Below are positions 42,280 through 62,704 of a stretch of 64,000 bases of DNA, in pieces (the first letter of the stretch is position 1; each line of letters begins with the position of its first letter). A program made the position numbers and the translations under genes. The notes under the pieces are model-generated. The model saw nothing but the letters and a program-made list of their open reading frames with translations. It was not told where the DNA came from and made no database searches. The stretch lies in NCBI RefSeq assembly GCF_009914755.1, contig NC_060940.1, one strand, 5' to 3'. The stretch is from the human T2T-CHM13v2.0 reference genome, Homo sapiens.

Positions 42280-42647
42280 GGGATTTGATGCACTGTTGCT
42301 AGATTGGAAATGGAGGGGCCACAAGGAAAGGACCAGAGAGTGGCCTCTAGGAGTGGAGAGCAGCACCCAGCAGACAGCCAGCAGGGAAACGGGGGCCTCA
42401 ACCTACAGCTGAAAGGATGGAATCGCCCCCACCTCCATGAGCTTGGAAGTGGGTTCTTTCCTGGAACTTCTGGATGAGTGCCTGGCCCCCTCACACCTTG
42501 ATTTCAGCCTTTCCAGGTCCTGAGCAGGGGGCCTGGTAGAGCCTGCCTGGACTTCTGACCTATGGAACTGTGAGATGATAAATGGATGCTGGTTTATGCT
42601 GCCACATTGTGTGGTCATTTGTTACGCAGCAACAGAAAACTAATACA
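42280..42647 (+). mobile_element. MaLR LTR (MLT1E/F-like)
   Basis: 'gtggcctctaggag', 'gacagccagcagggaaacggggg', 'ggacttctgacctatggaactgtgagatgataaat', end 'gaaaactaataca'. Confidence 0.85.
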
Positions 42648-42966
42648 GTCTCCTAACTGGGGCCAGTTACCAAAAGAAGACATTTCGGCGGCAGAGGGGA
42701 GTCTCCATGACTAACTTTGTCTTCTTCACACATCTCCTCCCCGTCTAGAAAGCCTTCCTAGCCCCAGTGGGTACCGTCCTCTGTTGCTGGGTATCTCCCA
42801 CTCCCTTGGCCCTGGGCAAACACTGCCTGTCGGTGGGAATTCCCTGCTCCTCTATGACTTCACCTTCTTCTTCTTCTCCAAAGCATTCAACACAGAGCAA
42901 GCACACAATAAATATTTGCTGATTCAGCCATTTTCTTTCAGCTCCTATGACCAGCAGGACCAATGA

Positions 42967-43420
<454 letters not shown>

Positions 43421-44289
43421 TGATTAATACTGGCTAGTCATGCTTTCAAGCTCCATTTCTGTGAATTATGTCCTGGGTTTTTAGGCTGATGTGCAACTGA
43501 CTTTGTAAAACAAAGGAAGTGAGAATGAGGTCTCACAAATGCATTACTTGTATTTGTTCAACAACAAACTTATCCTGAATATCTGTTGTGTCCATGCACC
43601 AAGCTCAACCCTGGAGACAGAGAAAAAAACTAGAGTGACCCTTACTGTAGAGCTTTAATCAAAGTACCCCCTGATCACAGAGGTCACTGCAGTCTGTGGC
43701 AGTTTGGAAACGAGGAGACCAAATTTCCTCAAGTCAGACAAATGAGTGACAACAGAATCAGGTCTTCTCCAGGCAGACAGTGGGTGGGGTTCCCTTCTGT
43801 GTTCTTCCCTGCCCCCATGACTCTGGGCCTGTCTTCTGTGCCCCACCCTGGACCTCAATAACATGTATATGATGTCACTGTCTAGATGTGCAACAGCCTT
43901 GGCAAATTTCATCCAGAGCCCTCAAACACAGATTAAAAAACAAATCTAGGCCAGGCACAGTGGCTCATGCCTGTAATCCCAGCACTTTGGGAGGCCAAGG
44001 CAGGTGGATCACTTCAGGCCGAGATTTTGAGACCAGCCTGGGCAACATGGTGAAACTCTGTTTCTACTAAAAATACAAAAATTAGCCAGGTGGGGTGGCA
44101 GGTGCCTGTAATCCCAGTTACTCAAGAGGCTGAGGCACAAGAATCTCTTGAACCTGGGAGGTGGAAGTTGCAGTGAGCCAAGATTACGCCACTGCACTAC
44201 AGCCTGGGCAACAGCACAAGACTCTTTCTTAAAAATAAATAAATTAATTAAAAATAAATCCATAGCATTTGCACAGACCCTTATAATTT

Positions 44290-44430
44290 ACAAGGCAGTG
44301 TCATATTAATTCTCAGTTAACCCTCCTAAGTAGCCTAACAAGTTAGGTGGCGTAGAGATTATTATCTCCATTTTACAAATAAGAAAACTGAGGCTCAGAG
44401 ACTAGAAGCGATTTACCCAAGTCACACAGT
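44290..44430 (-). mobile_element. MIR
   Basis: 'attattatctccattttacaaataagaaaactgaggctcagaga..atttacccaagtcacacag' MIR core. Confidence 0.8.
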
Positions 44431-45524
44431 GTTCTTCTCTTTTTACCATTTGGATCTAGTCTTGGGACTAGATGGGAATTCAAATGGAGATTGGCCAAGC
44501 TCAAGCCGACCTTAGTAGCTGATGATCTGAGAGCTTTCAAAGAACTCACATCTTTCTTATCTCACTTGGTTCTCAGAACAATCTCATAGGATTAACAAAG
44601 CAAATATAATGTCACCAGAGATTGGATCAGAATTAGTCCCCAATTCTGATTCCAATGCTCTTTCCATACACTAGGGGAGGCCTTCCCACCACTCATACTC
44701 TACTGCTGCTCCTTTAGTCTTAAAGGGTCAAAACCAAAAGAAGATCGACACCCTTCTTTTGTGTGTCCACACAAGTCCTACTTAAAATGACTTTTAATAT
44801 CACTATGTGCTCCCCTGCCAAAAACTGGCCCTACAAACAGCCCTTCTCCCTTCTGGTTTTAGGATTACTTTACTGTCACCCACCCAAGCGGGAGTGCAGT
44901 GGGGCCATCATAGCTCAATGCAGCCTCAACCTCCTGGGTAAAGGGATCCTCCCACCTCAGCCTCCTAAGTAGCTAGAACTACAGGCACGTACCACCACAT
45001 CCAGGTTTGTTTTGTTTTGTTTTGTTTTTGAGACAAGAGTCTCACTCTGTCGCCCAGGCTGGAGTGCAGTGGTGTGATCTTGGCTTACTGCAATCTCCGC
45101 CTCCTGGGTTCCAGCGATTCTCCTGCCTCAGCCTCCTGAGTAGCTGGAATTACAGGCACGTGCCACCACACCCAGCTAATTTGTGTATTTTTAGTAGAGA
45201 TGGGGTTTCACCATGTTGGTCAGGCTGGTCTCAAACTCCTGACCTCGTGATCCACCTGCCTCAGCTTCCCAAAGTGCTGGGATTACAGGCGTGAGCCACC
45301 ACGCCTGACCAACACCCTGCTAATTTTTTATTTTTATTTCTTGTATTTTTATTATTTTATTCTTTGTATTGTTTATATTTGTTGCCCAGGCTGGTCTCGA
45401 ATTTCTGGCCTCAAGGGAACCTCCTGCCTCAGCCTCCCAAATCACTGAGATTACAGGCATGAGCCATGGCGCCAGGCCTAGAACTGATTCTTTAGAACTC
45501 AAATACCAGAGAGAATAGAATCTG

Positions 45525-45860
45525 TTCACTCATTTAGCAACTATTTTCTGAGCAGAATAACACACTAGGCTAGTCATCAGGAGTTTAAGAAATGAATCAG
45601 ATATAGTCCCTGCTAACAAGAAGCTCACAATCTCGTGGAACTGATGAAAACACTCTTAAACACATGATGAGATAAAATAAATGTCACAATAAAGTTGTAA
45701 ACAAAGGACTGCAGAGGAACAGAGAAGACAGCAATAATCCTAACTGATGAGAAGAAAGTGTCTTCATGAAAAAAGAGGCATTTGGGCTGGGCCTTGAAGG
45801 ATGAATGGGGACTCTTGACGAGTAGGAAGATGCAGGCTGAGAAAAGAGCATAAATATTTG
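45525..45860 (-). mobile_element. L2 3' fragment
   Basis: 'ttcactcatttagcaactattt..', 'atagtccctgct..gaagctcacaatct', 'gggctgggccttgaaggatga'. Confidence 0.7.
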
Positions 45861-46029
45861 GATAACAGGGATGTCTCCCCAGGAAGGCCACACAAAGTGC
45901 TGCTTGGCCCTCAACCTCACAGTAACACTAGCTGGGATCCAGCTCAGACCCTCAGGCTAGATCTAGGTGGATCCAACCCCCAACTTGAGGAAACCCAAGA
46001 CACCTAGAGACAACTAGACACCACTTGCT

Positions 46030-47255
<1,226 letters not shown>

Positions 47256-47417
47256 TGTACCACCAAATTCTAACCGCCCTCTTAACTACTTTCATTTTCT
47301 CTTCTATAGTTAGCTTTTGTGTTTTGCTTTCCCAACTACTCTAAAGTACCAGTCTCCTTATTCCTTGAGAACATAGCCAGGGGGCGTATATATCCTGTCA
47401 CAGCTACTATCAGGCTA

Positions 47418-47817
<400 letters not shown>

Positions 47818-48419
47818 TTACAAGCAAGTAGAGCAAGAAAAGGCAGGATGTGTAACCCTGGCCAGGAATAGAAACAGTGAAGGAATTAGGAGAAGGGATA
47901 TACTTCTGGTTTTTGGATTACATTTCATAGAAATGGTCTAAATTTAAGGTGCTCAGACTTGCTCGATGACTATGTGGCACTGCCCTGTATCTCACCTTCT
48001 GCTCTTAGACCAAGGTCACAAGCTCAGTCTTTAATCCATTTTCCGACTTCCTGCTTGTCAATATCTCCCATTGAGACATGGTGTCTCATCTTTCCTCCTA
48101 AAAAGAGTAACGGGAAGGATGGCATAGATGCCAGTGCCAATCTGGAGACCTCAAATCCAATGCCAGAGGAGAGAGGGGGCTGGAGGTGGGGGTGGGAAGG
48201 ACTCTGAGACAGATAACAGCTTCCTCCTAGTTGGTCTCCAGTGAGCTGAGACTCATCTGAAGTAAGACTTCAGGGATGAACAGAACAGATAAACAGGGAA
48301 ATCGGATTGGTTCAAAACCCAAACAGGTCACCATCCCCCAAGGATGGGTCATGAACAACCAATTAGGACAATCAGCTAGGAGTAGGGTGGGGAGGAGGCA
48401 GGTATAAAAAGCGCCAAAG

Positions 48420-48962
<543 letters not shown>

Positions 48963-49543
48963 TTAGGTATTATCAAGTCCAGCTCTCTTCTGTAATACCG
49001 TAGTTGAGGTCCTCAAACTTTCCTTCCTGTAATAGTCTAATCTTCTTCTAACCGGTGTCTCTCTCTTCCTCTTTGACCCTTTTAATTCATCCTCCACGTT
49101 GCAGCCACAGTGATCTTTCTACAACACAGAGCTGATCATGTCTTGCTGCCCTCAGGATAAGGTCCGAAGTTCACATGTTCTACCAAGGCCCTTGACTCCT
49201 GAGACCACACGGACCTTCAAATCTTGTCTCTCTTCACCCTCACCCTTCTCTACATTCCTCTGACAATATTCCCCAAAGATGCAACAGACTTACTCCAGTC
49301 TGCCAAAGGAATTCCAGTTTCAAGGGCTAGCTCAAATGTCATCTTTTCAATTAAATCTAACCTGACTCACTCACTTCCCCTAGGATATTAGTTTCTCTTC
49401 CATACTTCAAACCACCTTAGTGCAGTATTGCATTCATTACCCTGACTTGTATTCATTTGCAGAGACTGAGAGACCATCATGGTGAGGGACAGATTTTGAC
49501 TTCTCATAACCCTTTCTGTCCTTAGTTAGCACAGCAGAAGTCA

Positions 49544-50176
<633 letters not shown>

Positions 50177-50935
50177 TTGAATACTCTTCCTTTATAAACA
50201 CACAGTGAGCTCCTGGAAGAGCCCAGGTGAGACCTGGGTCATCTGATACCCAGATCAGGGCACTGCTTTCTGAAGCTGCTGATTCTGCCTGTTCTCCATG
50301 GCCATTCAGCTGGATGGCTCCTCACTGACCTGGACTTTGAAACATCAGTACGGTGACAGGCATTTGCAGAAGCAGGAACCCAAACTGCTGTCTCTAAGGA
50401 GAGCCTCTGTGCTTGTCCTAGGGAAGTGTTTTGATTCCCAAGGGCTTTGAGCTGCACTGTAGGCGGCCACAGAGCAGGTGAGTCATCCCAGCCCACACCC
50501 GTTCTCTGCGGAAGGGCCCTAGCATCTGTCTGTGTTGGGTGTTATGGGAAATAGGTGCTCTGAACTGACTGGGGTCCCAGGGAGGGAGGACTGCCACTAT
50601 GGCCAAGGTTTCCCTCATCCCCAGTGGTGAAAGCAGGAGGAGTGATGGCCTTCGTCTATCAGAACAAACATAAAGGGACTTGGGAGCACAAGTGATGGCC
50701 TCAGAAAAGCTGCAGCATGTGATAAAAGTCTAGGGACACAGCTCACCACTCTGCTGGGCCCCATCTGGAGAGTCGAATATGTAGGGTCTGGGGGGCCTTT
50801 TACCTAAGCAGCCTGTTCCCCACTGCCTGCCCTCATTAGTGTCTCTTCACTTCCCCAAATTCAAAGCTCTCTTGCCAGACACAGTGGCTTATGCCTCCAA
50901 TCCCAGCAGTCTGGGAGGCCAAGACGGGTGGATTA

Positions 50936-51244
<309 letters not shown>

Positions 51245-52049
51245 CTACCATCACGCTAGACTCAACCAGGACATTTATCATACAGCTGAATATTGTTTTT
51301 AAGCAAAGTTAACATGTAAAGTAGAGGAAGATATCTTCACTATACAAACCCTTTTCCCCATAAAGGGCTCCCCTGATGCGTGCATTCACTGGCGGCTTGC
51401 TAGTTTAAGGTCCTGGAAAGATTCAAGTACTATTGCAGAATAATCCCTGTCCCCCACAACAAAGAAAATAAATCACATGCCCAAATTACTGTAACACAAG
51501 GAGTAACGTAAGAAATCCTTCAGGGAAGGGTAACAAAGGTAAGTTTGGGAATCTGGAGGCAAATGAGATCCAAGGGACACAATGGGGGAGGTGGCACTGG
51601 AACTGGGCTTGGATGTTGCCATTCAGAAACCGGTGAAACGGCCTCCCAGATGGAGGAGCCATCAGCAGCAAAGGAATAGATGGATGGAATGACAGACGAT
51701 GGATGGAATGAAATGTTAGGCACTCCACGTGGAAACCCACAAGGGTGAGCTGAAACAGCACCTTCCACACACTCGAGCCCCGGGGATACAAGTAACGGCA
51801 CAAGGAAAAGGCTCTGACTTGCAAAGGTATAAGATAAACCCAAATACTGCAGCAGCAGGGTTTATTCTTTCTTTTTTTTTTTTCAAGACGGGGTCTTGCT
51901 ATGTCGCCCAGGCTGGAGCGCAGTGGCCTGATCACGGCTCACTGCAGCCTCAACCACTGCACCCGGCCACGCCCTGCTAATCTGTTTTTAATTTTTTGTA
52001 GAGATGGGGGTCTCACTGTTGCCCAGGCACAGGGTTTATTCTGAGTGTG

Positions 52050-52272
52050 AAGGGTGTTAGAATGGACTTTGGGATTAGACCAGAGTTCAAATGCCAGCTC
52101 TCCTCTTAACAGCTGTGTAATACTCCACATGTTCCCTAACCAGCCTTAGTTTTCTCAGCTGTGAGCTCTCTGACTTTTTTACCTAATAAATTGCTATGAA
52201 ATTAAATGAAATCTAGATATGAAGCATCTGGCACAGCATGTCAGGCACATAGCATGTGATCAATACATATCA
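52050..52272 (+). mobile_element. MIR
   Basis: 'ggactttgggattagaccagagttcaaatgccagctct..agctgtgt', 'gaaattaaatga..gcatctggcacag..ggcacatag'. Confidence 0.7.
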
Positions 52273-52596
52273 GGTTCCTTTTCCATGCTTGAGGGGCTTA
52301 GATTATGAACAACAACTGAAAGACTTCATGGGACCCTCCAGGAAAGAAGAGGCCAGTAAAAAGGGGACACGGCAGTAAAGCAAGAGGAAGGCATGGAAGA
52401 AATGGCTCGGCGCTTTCCAGCAGGGGTTTCTGCTCCACAGCAGGCCACTTGCAGGGTGCTGGTGAAACTCACCCACCAAACTGGTTGTTGGCTCATCCCT
52501 GAATGCTGTGTTCCAACAGCAGCACCAGTGATGCAATCAGCAGAACTGAGCTCGTGGGTGGAGCCGTGGGGAGGAGTTGAGCAGGGAGAGAGGTAG

Positions 52597-52947
<351 letters not shown>

Positions 52948-53442
52948 TGAGCCACTGTGCCCAGCCCATACTCTTTTTTAAATTCCAAAAGCTAACCTCC
53001 ACTAGGAAAGCCAAGCACAAGTCCAAGGCTTTTTTCAGACTTTCATGCCTGCCCTTTTCACCTGAAGAAGCTGGCCTATTACAGGCCAACAGGAGACACA
53101 GCAAAAGGCACAGGGCTCATCTCTGCAGAGACCCTCCGAGTCCCAAGGAGAAGAGGCCCCGCTAAGGCTCCTCAGGGAGGTTTACTATCTAACCCTATTT
53201 ATGTCTGCTCCTCATTCATTCATTCATTCCACAAACATTCACAGGGGAACTACTATACACCAGATAAGACTCTGGACGGGAAAATGACAGCTTAGCTGTT
53301 CATACCTCCGTCCCTCAAGCTGTTTCACTAGTCAGTTTCTTTATCTGTCCAATGGAGGAAACCGGGTTTATGGGAAGATGCAATGAGATAATGGACATGC
53401 CTGACACAGACTAAGTGTCTAAGAAACGTAAACTATTTTTAT

Positions 53443-53876
53443 GGTAGTAGAAGCAAGATTGCCTGTGACGCTGTATATCTTTCATTTGCCTCTTCAGGTA
53501 CATTTCTCCTTTTCCATCCTGCACTGCACCCTGGAATTGGCCTGTATGCGCTGCATCGAGATGCTCTTGCCCTCTGACTGCCAGCTGGGTTTGGTCCATG
53601 TGGAGCCTGGAATCAAAACCAGAGGGAGAAGGTGGGGACAGGGTTTATGGTTTTTATTCCTCCAAGTCCCTTTTTGAGCTCCTTGACTTAAAGTCCCAGC
53701 TCTAGTGAGATCGCCCTCCACACAACCTGCCTCCAGGTGCAGAGGTGGTAAGATCCCACTGTCACCAGCCCCAGAATATTCCACATTCCATAGCAGTTTC
53801 CCTATATCCTGCCTCAAAGCCCCCACTTTAAATGTCCCCAATTTAATCTGTTTTCTGCTGGATCCTGACTAATACA
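53443..53876. mobile_element. ERVL LTR (LTR33-like)
   Basis: 'cttgccctctgactgccagctgggtttggtccat', end 'tgttttctgctggatcctgactaataca'. Confidence 0.65.
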
Positions 53877-54142
53877 AAGAGTGTAGAGAACAAGGGCAGG
53901 CCTGGGAATCGGGAGACCTGAATTTAAGTCTCATCTTTGCCACCAGCTCCCTCCGTGACCCTGGGCCACATTTTTCCATTTCCAGGCCTCAAACTTCCTC
54001 AATTTTAAAATGAGTGGGTTGGGTCCGGACACAGGGCCTCATGCTTGTAATCCCAGCCCTTTGGGAGGCGGAGACAGGGGTATTGCTTGAGGCCAGGAGT
54101 TTAAGTCTGGACAACATCGTGAGACCCTGTCTCTAAAAAAAA

Positions 54143-54684
54143 ATATATATATCTATATATATAGATATATAATAGACATATATAGTATCTATATAGATAT
54201 ATAGACACATATATAGTGTATATAGATATATAGACATATATAGATATATATAGACATATATAGACATATATATAGACCTATATAGACTATATATAGACAT
54301 ATATATAGACCTATATAGACTATATATAGACTATATATATAGACATATATATAGGCCTATACATAGACTATATATATAGACCTATACATATAGACACAGA
54401 CTATATATATAGACCTATATATAGACATACAGACTATATATAGACATATATAAGACCTATATATAGACATATATAAGACCTATATATATAGACATATATA
54501 GACCTATATACATATAGACATATATATATACCTATATATAGACCAATATAGACCTATATATATAGACCAATATAGACCTATATATATATAGACCTATATA
54601 TATAGACCTATATATATATATAGACCTATATATATAGATCTATATATATATAGACATATATATAGACACACATACACACACACA
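54143..54684. repeat. Complex AT-rich tandem repeat, (TA)n interspersed with GAC/GACC
   Basis: About 540 bp of variant tatatagac(a/c/t) units following an Alu monomer (54022-54142). Confidence 0.95.
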
Positions 54685-55260
54685 AATGAGTAGGCTGGAC
54701 TATATGGCTCTTTCATGATCCAATTCCCTGCCACTTCTAGGTGTTAAGTTACAGGAGGAGGACACAGATGAGAATAAAAGCTCCCTAGTGAATACGGCAA
54801 TGATGGCCAGGTTGGCCACTAAGCAGCTCTCCCCACTGTCCACCATTGTATCAGCTCATTCTTACCCAGAAGTCACCTAACTCCTTTCCAAGAACTTTCC
54901 TTCTCTTCTCAGGCCATCAGGGTACCAGATGTCTAAATGATCTCCACTCCAAAGCAACAGCCAAGAAAACCCAGGAAATTAAAAATAAATTCCTTTTTCC
55001 TTTCAGTAACTCCCTGCCCAGCCCTGGGTTAGCTGGAGAGGTCCCTTCCCAGGTTCCAGTATACCCAGGGGGCCAAACAGGGAAGCCGTTCCACACTGAC
55101 ACCAAAACACTCTCACAGGGAGTGATCTATCTCTGCCCTGGGAAATGCTGGGGACACAGCTGGCTTGCAGGGCAGAGGGAGTGACCTAAACCAGCATCCT
55201 GTCAGAAGACATGCAATGCCCTGCATTGAGATCCCTGTCACTGGGCAGGTTTCAAAGAGA

Positions 55261-56290
<1,030 letters not shown>

Positions 56291-56313
56291 GTAGAAAAGA
56301 GAGGAAGAAGGTA

Positions 56314-56401
56314 GGAAGGAAGGAAGGAAGGAAGGAAGGAAGGAAGGAAGGAAGGAAGGAAGGAAGGAAGGAGGGAGGGAGGGAGGGAGGGAGGGAGGGA
56401 A
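56314..56401 (+). repeat. (GGAA)14(GGAG)7 microsatellite
   Basis: Counted directly: GGAA 56314-56369, GGAG 56370-56397. Confidence 0.95.
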
Positions 56402-56559
56402 GAAAGAGAAGCTAATGACCACTTGATCCTCGTAAGGCCTTTTCAGTTCCTAAAATGACTGATTCAGGAAACCCCAAGAGCCACAAGAGTCATTCTATTC
56501 AGATGATGACCCTCCCTGACCCTCCTGGTTTCTGGAGTTTTCATTCGCTAAGGGCTGCC

Positions 56560-58030
56560 CTTCGGTTTTCAATTACTGGCGGAGAGGGCGGTTCGTTTCT
56601 GGCGGGGAAGGGAGGTGACATTCCGGTAGGAGAATCTCCTAAAACTCGCATTTCCTGTTTGCCCTGGGCGCCGGCCTCAGGTGGAAACCTCACCCCGATA
56701 ACTGAGGGCAGCAGTCGGCCTTGGGCGTTCTTCCGTCACCCAGGTCTCCAGAACCTCCCGGACTCAATGGCAAGTCACTGCACAAGTTCAGGGCCTTTTC
56801 GGTCCCGATCGAGGATCTGGAGATCTCGGGGCTTCCCGGTCGTCTGCCCCACAGCCCACGAGGCGGACCGACCTGCGGGGTGAGGCACCGGGAGCGCATA
56901 GGCAGCCCCGGCCTCGGCCTCCTGGCGCCCTCCCAGCCACGCGGTGAATGCCTGAGAGGACAGAGGTTCGCGGCCCTCCCCATCCCACCGGCAGCGACCG
57001 CAAAGCCCGGGAGCTGAGTCCGCGGCGTGAAGCGGCGGAGGTCAGCAGCGAGGGGGCAGGGCCGGCGCTGGCGGCCACGGAGCTTGCGCGTCGCTGGGCT
57101 CGGAACCCAGGGACGCGAGCCAGCGCTGGGAGCTGGCGGAGAGACGGCTCTGCCATCCGGCTCAGGCAGTGGGCGCCCGCCCCGCCCCCAGCGCCCACGC
57201 GCCTCCGGCCCCGAGGCTCTCCCGAGCGCAGCGTTCTGGAAGCGCCGCCGCTAAGCGTCTGCGTCTGCGCCTGCGCTGACCCCAGTCCCGGACTCGGTCC
57301 GAGGCGCGCAGCCCGGAGGGGGCGGGGCCGAGCCCGAAGGGAAGGCAGTGCGCATGCGCGGGGCGAGCCGGCCGGCACTGTCACAGCTGAGCGGCCGCGA
57401 GATCGGTCCCTGTCCGCAGGGTCGGGTAGTGGCCCCCTCGGGGACAGCGTGTGAGGATTCGGGCGCGAAGGACGGGGTCATATTCAGCCAGGTGCCCACT
57501 TTCCCCACGGTCACGACCCTGGTCCAGAACTGCCCTGCCCCGGGCCTCAGTTTCCCCACTAAGGAGAGGAGGCGTGCCGGGGAAATCTGAGGCCCTCCCC
57601 AGCCGCGACCTTTTCCCTCAGACGAAGGAAGAGTGGTCGTACCCGGCCGCGATCACCGAAGCCTCCAGCCCTGTCCCCGCACGGATGCTGGAAGCCCGTC
57701 CACGCCGCGCGGGGAGTGGTGGCCCGGGTGCTCCTACGACCTGGGGGCCCTGTCACCGCGATCTTAATTGATTCCCAAAGGATCCAGAAAAGGGACACAT
57801 TGGCGCCCGCCCAGGGCGGGCGGGGTCCCCCGGGCGGCCAGGCCGATGGGGTGGATGGGCTTCTGCTCGCGGCCGCCTTGTGGGGCGCTGGCATCGGATT
57901 GGAGTGGGGCAGCATCGGGGGAGGACAGAGACCCCACGCTCCCCCCAACGCAGCAGACCCAGGGGCAGGCCCTTGGCTCCTGCATGCCACGCTCCGGCCT
58001 CCCCATATCGCCCTAGCACCGCTGCCCGCT
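56560..58030. promoter_or_regulatory. CpG island / probable promoter
   Basis: Unique, very GC- and CpG-rich sequence with GC boxes (57175-57189, 57319-57328) and NRF1-type motifs; no TATA box seen. Confidence 0.88.
57349..57360. promoter_or_regulatory. NRF1 binding motif
   Basis: tgcgcatgcgcg matches the TGCGCATGCGCA palindrome at 11 of 12 positions, about 20 bp from a ggggcggggc GC box. Confidence 0.75.
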
Positions 58031-58122
58031 GGTCTTCCCTTCTCAGAAACCTGCAGTGGCCTCAGGCCTAGACTCCCTGGGCTTCCCCTGAAGGCCCAGT
58101 ATTCCCTAATTCACCTCCTCTC

Positions 58123-58198
58123 ACCTTGGCTGCTCTTCCATTCCCTTATCCTCGCCACACACCTTGGCTGCTCTTCCATTCCCTTATCCCCGCCACAC
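58123..58198 (+). repeat. 38-bp tandem duplication
   Basis: accttggctgctcttccattcccttatcc(t/c)cgccacac twice, one mismatch. Confidence 0.95.
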
Positions 58199-58962
58199 AC
58201 AGCGGTCTTCCCTTGTCTGCGTCTGGGCGCCCTCGATCTTCCCGTGCTCCACCCCACTAATCTGTGACCCACCAAACCTGCCCATCCCTCAAAGTGTAGC
58301 TAAAACTCCACTCCTTCCCCAACCAAACTCCATAGCCCCACAGTGTGTCTCAGTATTCTCTGAAGATCCCTGAGGTTGTGTCAATTGATTCTTCTCAACA
58401 GAAGTAATCCATTACATAATTTATCAACTTATATGCATTGATCAGGCTTTGCAAATAATTACATTTGCAAATGAGAAAGAAAGTCCTTTGCCAGACCCCT
58501 GTATCCTGATTTGCAATTGTGCGCTGTATCCCTTACTAGATGGCTACATCCCCCAGGGGAGAGACTATGCCTTAATATGCAGAATATCTAAATTTTTTTG
58601 GAATCGTGGTGGGAAAAAATTAAGAAGTTTGGAAAAAATGGAAATATAACATCTTTTTGCACTCTTCACAATACAAAATCTCATCTTTTAGTGGGTCTGA
58701 AAAATAAACAGTGCACAATATGCTGTCAGCTCTAGATTACCGCAAATCAATGTGATGGAATAGAGTAGAAAGGATATTGGGATGGGTAGGAAATTGGCCT
58801 TTTGGTGTGGTTTGTCTTGCATTAGCAGAGTGAACTCAGGCCGAACTCAGGCAAAACTGCACCTCTGTAGATGCAGTTTCCCCACATTAGATTTGGATTT
58901 AGGAATAAGAAATATCCCTGCCCCCATCTACTTTACAAGATCATGGTAAAGATCAAATATGA

Positions 58963-60615
<1,653 letters not shown>

Positions 60616-61204
60616 CCGCACAGACACCTTCTTTACTCCCCCAAACCCCACTTATTCACTCTGATGGCACACGGGTGATGAGCTCCTGTCTGTCAGGCAC
60701 TGTGCTAAGTACCTGGCCACCTGTTTCCCCACACGCATGGACTTTACATATGTATTTGCACACACCTTTTGCATATAACCATGTGTAACCCCCATGGATT
60801 CAGATGATACATCCACTTACCCTTAAAAATACTCCATTCATGCCCCTCACTTTATCTATGTTTATCCTGGTCCCGGATTGTGCTTTCTCCGTTTTCTGTT
60901 TCTGTTTCTCTATCATCTTAATGGCAGACAATGTGAAGATGGTGAGGCTTGTGAAACAGTACAATTTTGAGGCAGATTCTGGCATATTACTTAACATTTA
61001 TCTTTAAAACAGTCCTCCTTCTTCCAGGCAAGAGCTCTGGATTTCTCCCGGGAAAGGGTGGAAGAGGGACGCAGGGTTGGGTGGGTGAACAGGAGTGGCC
61101 TTAGTTGGGTCATGTTGCTCAGTTGCTCAAAGACCAAGGACTGCAGACTCTCCCTTTCTCCCCAGGGCCCAGTTTTTTCCCTTTCAAAACCCGCTGTCTA
61201 CCTG

Positions 61205-62145
<941 letters not shown>

Positions 62146-62704
62146 ACCTGTTCTCAAGCAAGATGTGAAACTCCTTCGAAGACCCCAGAAGTAAAACATA
62201 AAAATTAAACGACCTCTGCTCTGAAGAGGATACTAGAAACAGGAAAATGTGATAGAAAGGGCTCAGGGAGTCAAGGACGCGTTCAGGTTTCTCTAAAGAC
62301 AGGTCCAAGCGGGAGGCTCACGTCCACACTTCGTGGAGGAGGAGAACACTTTCTGGTGAAGCCAAGGGGAGGTGGCAGCCTTACCATTCAGGAAACCTTT
62401 GTGCCCTCCTCCACTGGAGCCCTCAGTTATCTAAGGCAGCTGCGTGGATGCCCAGGGGAATGAGGCATTGAGGTGCTGAGGAGAGAGCAGTTCTTTAAGT
62501 TTCAGAGGACACCACGCCTTCCTGGGCGGCTGAGAGAGCAACTCAGCCTCAGTCCCAAAAAAGGTCCTGGGGCATCCAGCTAACACAAGGGTGGGCAATT
62601 TCTTAATTTCCAGTCTCTCCCCAAGGAACTTACACATGAGTTAACTCTACCAGATAAAAGGAGGATGAAGAGAGTAACCTAGCTGGAGACCATGAGAAAG
62701 CACG

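Noticed and set aside
54143-54684. Repeat with variable spacers, superficially CRISPR-like
   Set aside because: Eukaryotic microsatellite-derived array with no unique spacers and no cas genes.
56690-58267. Several overlapping 100-200 aa ORFs in the CpG island
   Set aside because: Expected from stop-codon scarcity in GC-rich DNA; R/P/G/A-rich with no recognisable domain.
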